A stretch of 64,000 nucleotides of DNA from Bacilli bacterium. GTDB lineage: Bacteria; Bacillota_I; Bacilli_A; RFN20; CAG-826. Below the pieces are notes generated by a model that saw only the letters and a list, made by a program, of their open reading frames with translations, was not told where the DNA came from and did no database searches. The stretch is from the NCBI GenBank assembly GCA_045628045.1, contig JAZQOV010000002.1:64001-128000 (forward strand), written 5' to 3'. Positions 59,885-64,000 of the stretch are shown piece by piece (position 1 is the first letter of the stretch; every line of letters begins with the position of its first letter). Position numbers and translations under genes: made by a program.

Positions 59885-60664
59885 ATGAATAGAAAAACAT
59901 TCGAAGGATCAATTACTATTGAACATGAAGGCATAACTTATTATGTTTCAGATCTTTCCTATACAATTTGGGAAGATGATTCTTTTGAATTCGTGTTTAC
60001 TCCTAATTATTTTGTTATTGATTTACTTCCAACAAGCGTTTTTCAAGGAATTCCTGGATTAAATCTTGATGAAAGAAAAGAAAAGTATGTTCGCAAAAAC
60101 ATAATGCCGACATTTATTTCTGAAAGAGTTCCTCAAAAAAATAGGGAAGATTTCTTTGAACTTCTAGAAGAAGCTGGTATGGACTATTTAAATCCAATTG
60201 AATATTTGCTAAAAACAAAAAAACAATATAGCGGTGATCCTCTCAAACTTAAAGAAAAGAACGTTAAAACATTAGTGAACATAAACGAATTAGCAGTTAA
60301 AAACAACACATTTGGATTAACAAAAATAATTTTGGATAATCTCGCTAAAGGAAATGATGTTTTCTATGAGGGATCAATTATTGATAACACTAATAGAAAA
60401 GCATTCTTTAATGTTCTTCATGCTTTATATGTAAAAACTTTAAAGGGAAGAGAAGCTACTAGAAATGCAGGAATAGAAAAAGCAAGACAATCTGGTAAAT
60501 ATAAAGGAAGAAAACCAGTTCAAGTTGATATGGTTTTATTTAATGAATCACTCAAAGATATTTCTAATGGAGTAATTAGTGTTTCAGAAGCATGTAAAAG
60601 ACTTAATATCTCCGTGGATAAATTCTATCGTGTTAGAAAAATAGTTAATAAAGAATCTAAGTAA
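59885..60664 (+). CDS. Hypothetical protein: HipA N-terminal-like domain plus resolvase-type C-terminal arm/HTH
   Basis: N-terminal PTFISERVP..NREDF.ELL...GM...P.EYL..T...SGD; C-terminal AGIEKARQSGKYKGRKP...EACKRLNISVDKFYR; alternative TTG start at 59870. Confidence 0.6.
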   Translation: MNRKTFEGSITIEHEGITYYVSDLSYTIWEDDSFEFVFTPNYFVIDLLPTSVFQGIPGLNLDERKEKYVRKNIMPTFISERVPQKNREDFFELLEEAGMDYLNPIEYLLKTKKQYSGDPLKLKEKNVKTLVNINELAVKNNTFGLTKIILDNLAKGNDVFYEGSIIDNTNRKAFFNVLHALYVKTLKGREATRNAGIEKARQSGKYKGRKPVQVDMVLFNESLKDISNGVISVSEACKRLNISVDKFYRVRKIVNKESK

Positions 60665-60724
60665 AGATAACACCTCTTAAGCATTGAACGTAATTTATAA
60701 GTGAAATGCTAGGTGTTTTCTTTT
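60663..60724 (+). repeat. Cassette-boundary palindromic repeat, copy 2
   Basis: AAAGATAACACCTCTTAAGCATTGAACGTAATTTATAAGTGAAATGCTAGGTGTTTTCTTT; overlaps the TAA stop of the preceding ORF. Confidence 0.92.
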
Positions 60725-60836
60725 ATTCTTTTCTCATTAGAGAAGCGTATCAAGTTCTTGCAGGTCAAGAAAAACGCAAAATAATAACCATTTGCTAATC
60801 AAAGCAAAGCAAAATGTTAGTTTAAGAAGGTAGATG

Positions 60837-60865
60837 TTGACAATGTACCTTCCGAAACTTACAAT
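60837..60865 (+). promoter_or_regulatory. Sigma-A promoter of the AbiE-like module (leaderless)
   Basis: TTGACA-N17-TACAAT, ATG 6 bp downstream, no RBS. Confidence 0.75.
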
Positions 60866-60871
60866 ATAGTC

Positions 60872-61423
60872 ATGATTTACACAACGAAACAACTTCTTAA
60901 AAAACACAAAAACAACACAAGTATTAACAGAATGGAGAAATCCGGAAAACTTTTTAGGGTTGCTCAGGGTGTTTATTCTGACGAACAAACTAATGTTGCG
61001 GATTTAGAAAGCATATTTCTTGTGTATAAAAATGCTATTTTAACTAACGAAAGTGCATTTGCCTTTTATGAATTAACCGACAACATTCCTGAAAAGTACT
61101 CAATAGTAACTCCACTTAAGTCACATAGAATTAGCTTTAAAGGTGTTGAGCAAAGCTATATGCAAGATTCAATTTTAAAAATTGGATTAACTAAAGCAAA
61201 AACAGAGTATGGATATATTAATATATATGACAAAGAAAGATTACTTGTTGAATTGTTTAGACTCCGCAACAAGTTTTCTTATGAGCTTTACAAAGAAGTA
61301 GTGGCAAATTATAGAAAACTTGCTATAGAAAATAAAATAGATTTTCTTAAGGTTTTTAAATATTGCGATAAGTTCGCATATGGCAAGACGATAAGAAAGA
61401 TTATTGAGGAGGTAATCATATGA
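60872..61423 (+). CDS. AbiEi-like antitoxin / transcriptional regulator (type IV TA)
   Basis: N-terminal wHTH (GKLFRVAQGVY), SAFAFYELTD.IP, IYDKERLLVE. Confidence 0.82.
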   Translation: MIYTTKQLLKKHKNNTSINRMEKSGKLFRVAQGVYSDEQTNVADLESIFLVYKNAILTNESAFAFYELTDNIPEKYSIVTPLKSHRISFKGVEQSYMQDSILKIGLTKAKTEYGYINIYDKERLLVELFRLRNKFSYELYKEVVANYRKLAIENKIDFLKVFKYCDKFAYGKTIRKIIEEVII

Positions 61424-62226
61424 AAACAATCAGTGAACTTGTAAAAGATAAAATAAATCTTTTTAATATGAATAGAGTTGAGGCAGAGAGCTATGTTTGC
61501 CAAGAAATTATAATCAATAAAATTGCCAAATCTGAGCTTGTTGATAGAACATTCCTAAAGGGTGGTGTTGTGTTGTTTAACATGTCAAAGAATGAACGCC
61601 GCACAACAAGAGATATTGATTTTGATTTAGCACACTACGATATATCCACAGAAGAATCTATGAAAAACTTGGTTTACATGTTAAATAAAAGAGACTCTGA
61701 ATACGTTGTTACCTACATTAAAAGTGATCAGCTACATCAAGACGATTATAAAGGCAGAAGACTTTATCTCAAAGTGTCTGATAAAAGTGCTACATTAAAA
61801 ATTACGATTGATGTGGGTGTTCACACTTTATTTGCAATTAATCAACTTGATTCAATTTTTACATTTAATAATGACAATAACAAAGTAGTGGTTAAAGTGA
61901 ACCCACCTGAGCAAATGATAGCAGAGAAACTTTATTCTTTAGCAAAACACACTATAGTGTCACAAAGATATCGTGATCTTTATGATGTATATTACCTTCT
62001 AAAGAACACTAAAGTTGAAAAGAAGGTAGTTCGTCAATGTTTTGAATTGCTTTTAATTAATAATATGCATGGTTTTAATGATTTGAGTGATGTTATCTCT
62101 AGAATTGATGAAACCCTCTCAAATGAAGTGTTTAAAGAAAGAACTGAAAATGCTTCTAAGAAATGGATTGATATTGACTATCTTACTTTAAAAGAAACAA
62201 TTCTCAATTTGTTATATAACATCTAA
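61420..62226 (+). CDS. AbiEii/AbiGii-family nucleotidyltransferase toxin (type IV TA)
   Basis: FLKGG, RRTTRDIDF, IAEKL, RYRDLYDVY; ATGA overlap with the AbiEi gene. Confidence 0.85.
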   Translation: MKTISELVKDKINLFNMNRVEAESYVCQEIIINKIAKSELVDRTFLKGGVVLFNMSKNERRTTRDIDFDLAHYDISTEESMKNLVYMLNKRDSEYVVTYIKSDQLHQDDYKGRRLYLKVSDKSATLKITIDVGVHTLFAINQLDSIFTFNNDNNKVVVKVNPPEQMIAEKLYSLAKHTIVSQRYRDLYDVYYLLKNTKVEKKVVRQCFELLLINNMHGFNDLSDVISRIDETLSNEVFKERTENASKKWIDIDYLTLKETILNLLYNI

Positions 62227-62233
62227 TAACTTT

Positions 62234-62296
62234 AAAGATAACACCTCTTAAGCATTGAACGTAAGTTATAAGTGAAATGCTAAGGTGTTTTCTTTT
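62234..62296 (+). repeat. Cassette-boundary palindromic repeat, copy 3
   Basis: AAAGATAACACCTCTTAAGCATTGAACGTAAGTTATAAGTGAAATGCTAAGGTGTTTTCTTT; 7 bp after the AbiEii stop. Confidence 0.92.
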
Positions 62297-62615
62297 ATCT
62301 CTTTTCTTGATAGAGAAGCGTAGCAATTTCTCGTATGACAAGAAAAGCCTCAATTTAATATATAGAAATTTATTTACTTAATGAAGACGTTTGTTAATGT
62401 AAGTATAGAGTTCACCCATGATAGTTAATGACTTCGCCTAGTGGGAACTTTTTTATTTACTATTTAGTTTTTTCAAATATAATGTAAATAGCAGGACATG
62501 AGCGAATTAAGTTTCGAGGGGCCTGCTTTTAATTTACTTTATTTCCGATATTTTCCGTTTTTTGTCTGTTTTTGAAAGAGAAACATTAGCAAATTCTCGT
62601 ATAACAAAAAAGATG

Positions 62616-63425
62616 TTAAATTTTGATTCCTGAAATGTCTAAGAAATTATCGATTGAGAATCCTGGCATGTAATTACATGTGGATATGTCCGTTCCAAGT
62701 TTGTTAAACGACTCCCCAAAATGATATGCCTTATCATCAACAAACAAATATCTATCGTGAAACTTATCAACCTTTATTACCTTATATTTGTCTGATTCAA
62801 ATGATTCGTTCTTTGGATGAGTAATTACCACAACCTTTGCTGGGCTGTGTAATAAAATTTCATCAAATGTGTGATCAAAATAGTTATCAATGATTACTAT
62901 TAATTTTTTAGCACTTTTCAATATTTCTTCTAACATAAACAAGGCATCAATACGATTGGCTTCTTTTAGTGTTAAGGATTTGTTTTGGAAATCTTTAATT
63001 TCGTAAATTTGATTTTGAAGATCAATAATTTTTTCTTTGCATTCTAAGCAAGAAAAGTTGGGTTTTGCAAAAATGTATTGTTTTAAAACATAATTTGCCC
63101 ATTGTCTAAATAACGTTCCTCTCTTTCCGTTCACTCTATAGCCCACAGATAAGATAACATCCAGGTTATAAAGGTCAATTTCTCTAGAGACGTTTCTTTC
63201 ACCTTCTAATTGAACAGTTGCATTTTTTGCAACAGTTGAAATTCTTAATAGTTCGTTGCTGTTATAAATATTATTTATGTGTCTAGAAATTGTTGATTTA
63301 TTCTTTTCGAAAAGAGCAGCAATATCATTCAATGAAAGCCATACAGTATCTTCCGTTGGAGAAACATTAACTGGCAATGAAAAGTCTCCATCTTTGAATG
63401 TTAAGATTTCAAATTTTTTGTCCAT
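62616..63425 (-). CDS. RhuM/virulence-family DNA-binding domain fused to a PLD-like C-terminal domain
   Basis: TVWLS..IAALF....TISRHINNIY, YNLDVILSVGYRV...RGTLFRQWA; C-terminal IIDNY...FHDRYLFVD...HFGESFN.LG. Confidence 0.75.
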   Translation of the reverse strand: MDKKFEILTFKDGDFSLPVNVSPTEDTVWLSLNDIAALFEKNKSTISRHINNIYNSNELLRISTVAKNATVQLEGERNVSREIDLYNLDVILSVGYRVNGKRGTLFRQWANYVLKQYIFAKPNFSCLECKEKIIDLQNQIYEIKDFQNKSLTLKEANRIDALFMLEEILKSAKKLIVIIDNYFDHTFDEILLHSPAKVVVITHPKNESFESDKYKVIKVDKFHDRYLFVDDKAYHFGESFNKLGTDISTCNYMPGFSIDNFLDISGIKI

Positions 63426-63598
63426 TTTAGGTTCCTCCTTATATTAAAAATAACAATCTTTTAATCGAACAAGATTGATGCGGTTTTTGCATCTGTGTAA
63501 ATTATAATATGCACGCATTGAAAAGACAAGCATAAATTGAAAATATTTTATTTATTTTTTGCATAATGTTAAAATGATGCAGTAAGGGGAAAATAGGT

Positions 63599-63931
63599 AT
63601 GGATAAATTAGAGGAAGAAATTTCAGAACGTATTAAAGAAATGATGGAAAAGCGTAAGGTCACTCAAAGTGATCTTGCTAGTGAGCTTGGAGTGCACCAA
63701 TATGACATTTCACGCATGTTAAACGGCAAGCCTTTTCCATCTATTTCTCAATTAAAATTGATAGCGAACTATCTTGATTGTTCTTTGTATTATCTAATTG
63801 GAATACAAGAAGAATCATATCGTGAGCTATCACCTGAAACTAGAAAGATAGCTAATGCATATCAATGCGCTAATGAAACCATTAAAGCAGTAGTAGATCT
63901 GGTACTCACAAATAAAAAGATAAGTAAATAA
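63599..63931 (+). CDS. XRE-family HTH transcriptional regulator
   Basis: RIKEMM....TQSDLASELGV....ISRMLNG...PS...L..IANYLDCSLYYLIG. Confidence 0.88.
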   Translation: MDKLEEEISERIKEMMEKRKVTQSDLASELGVHQYDISRMLNGKPFPSISQLKLIANYLDCSLYYLIGIQEESYRELSPETRKIANAYQCANETIKAVVDLVLTNKKISK

Positions 63932-63932
63932 A

Positions 63933-63996
63933 AAAGATAACACCTGATTAAGCATTGAACGTAATTTATAAGTGAAATGCTAAGGTGTTTTCTTTT
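63933..63996 (+). repeat. Cassette-boundary palindromic repeat, copy 4
   Basis: AAAGATAACACCTGATTAAGCATTGAACGTAATTTATAAGTGAAATGCTAAGGTGTTTTCTTT; begins 1 bp after the XRE stop, at the window edge. Confidence 0.92.
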
Positions 63997-64000
63997 GCTA

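Noticed and set aside
59885-60664. Calling this ORF a serine recombinase that mobilises the array
   Set aside because: Only the C-terminal arm/HTH resembles resolvases; no catalytic YxRxS N-terminal domain is visible.
59623-64000. CRISPR array interpretation of the four repeats
   Set aside because: The repeats are about 62 bp and are separated by 1.0-1.6 kb of protein-coding DNA rather than 30-40 bp spacers; no cas genes are visible.
59623-64000. IS element/transposon terminal inverted repeats
   Set aside because: All copies are in direct orientation, no transposase lies between them, and I saw no target-site duplications.

Overview
This is AT-rich, genetic-code-11 chromosomal DNA from a genome-reduced, low-GC Bacilli/Mollicutes-related bacterium (lineage inferred from gene content and synteny). 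Positions 1-52.7 kb are mostly housekeeping: hit, two large lipoproteins (one PrsA/parvulin-like), sufCDSUB, mnmG-rsmG, FMN riboswitch-ribU, cmk-der-hup, dnaD-nth, recU, gpsB-rnpB, pgsA-cinA-recA-rny-ymdB-miaB-miaA-tcdA-fhs, two ABC ATPase-permease fusions, ychF, ispF, argS, rpoE, seven tRNAs, pgi, ispD, mgtE, pduL, SAM riboswitch-metK and hpf. From 52.8 kb the region is accessory and has two unusual features. (1) A nucleotide-sugar cluster (Ugd-like, FnlA, FnlB, FnlC) in which three of the four enzymes carry an N-terminal XRE-type helix-turn-helix. (2) From about 58.7 kb to the window end, an array of unrelated toxin-antitoxin/defence-like modules (MNT-HEPN, a HipA_N-like/resolvase-HTH fusion, AbiEi-AbiEii, RhuM-PLD plus XRE). 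Each module ends at a copy of the same ~62-bp imperfect palindrome placed just after the stop codon. This resembles an integron-like (attC-like) cassette array, with no recombinase visible in the window. All calls come from reading motifs by eye; no database searches were run.
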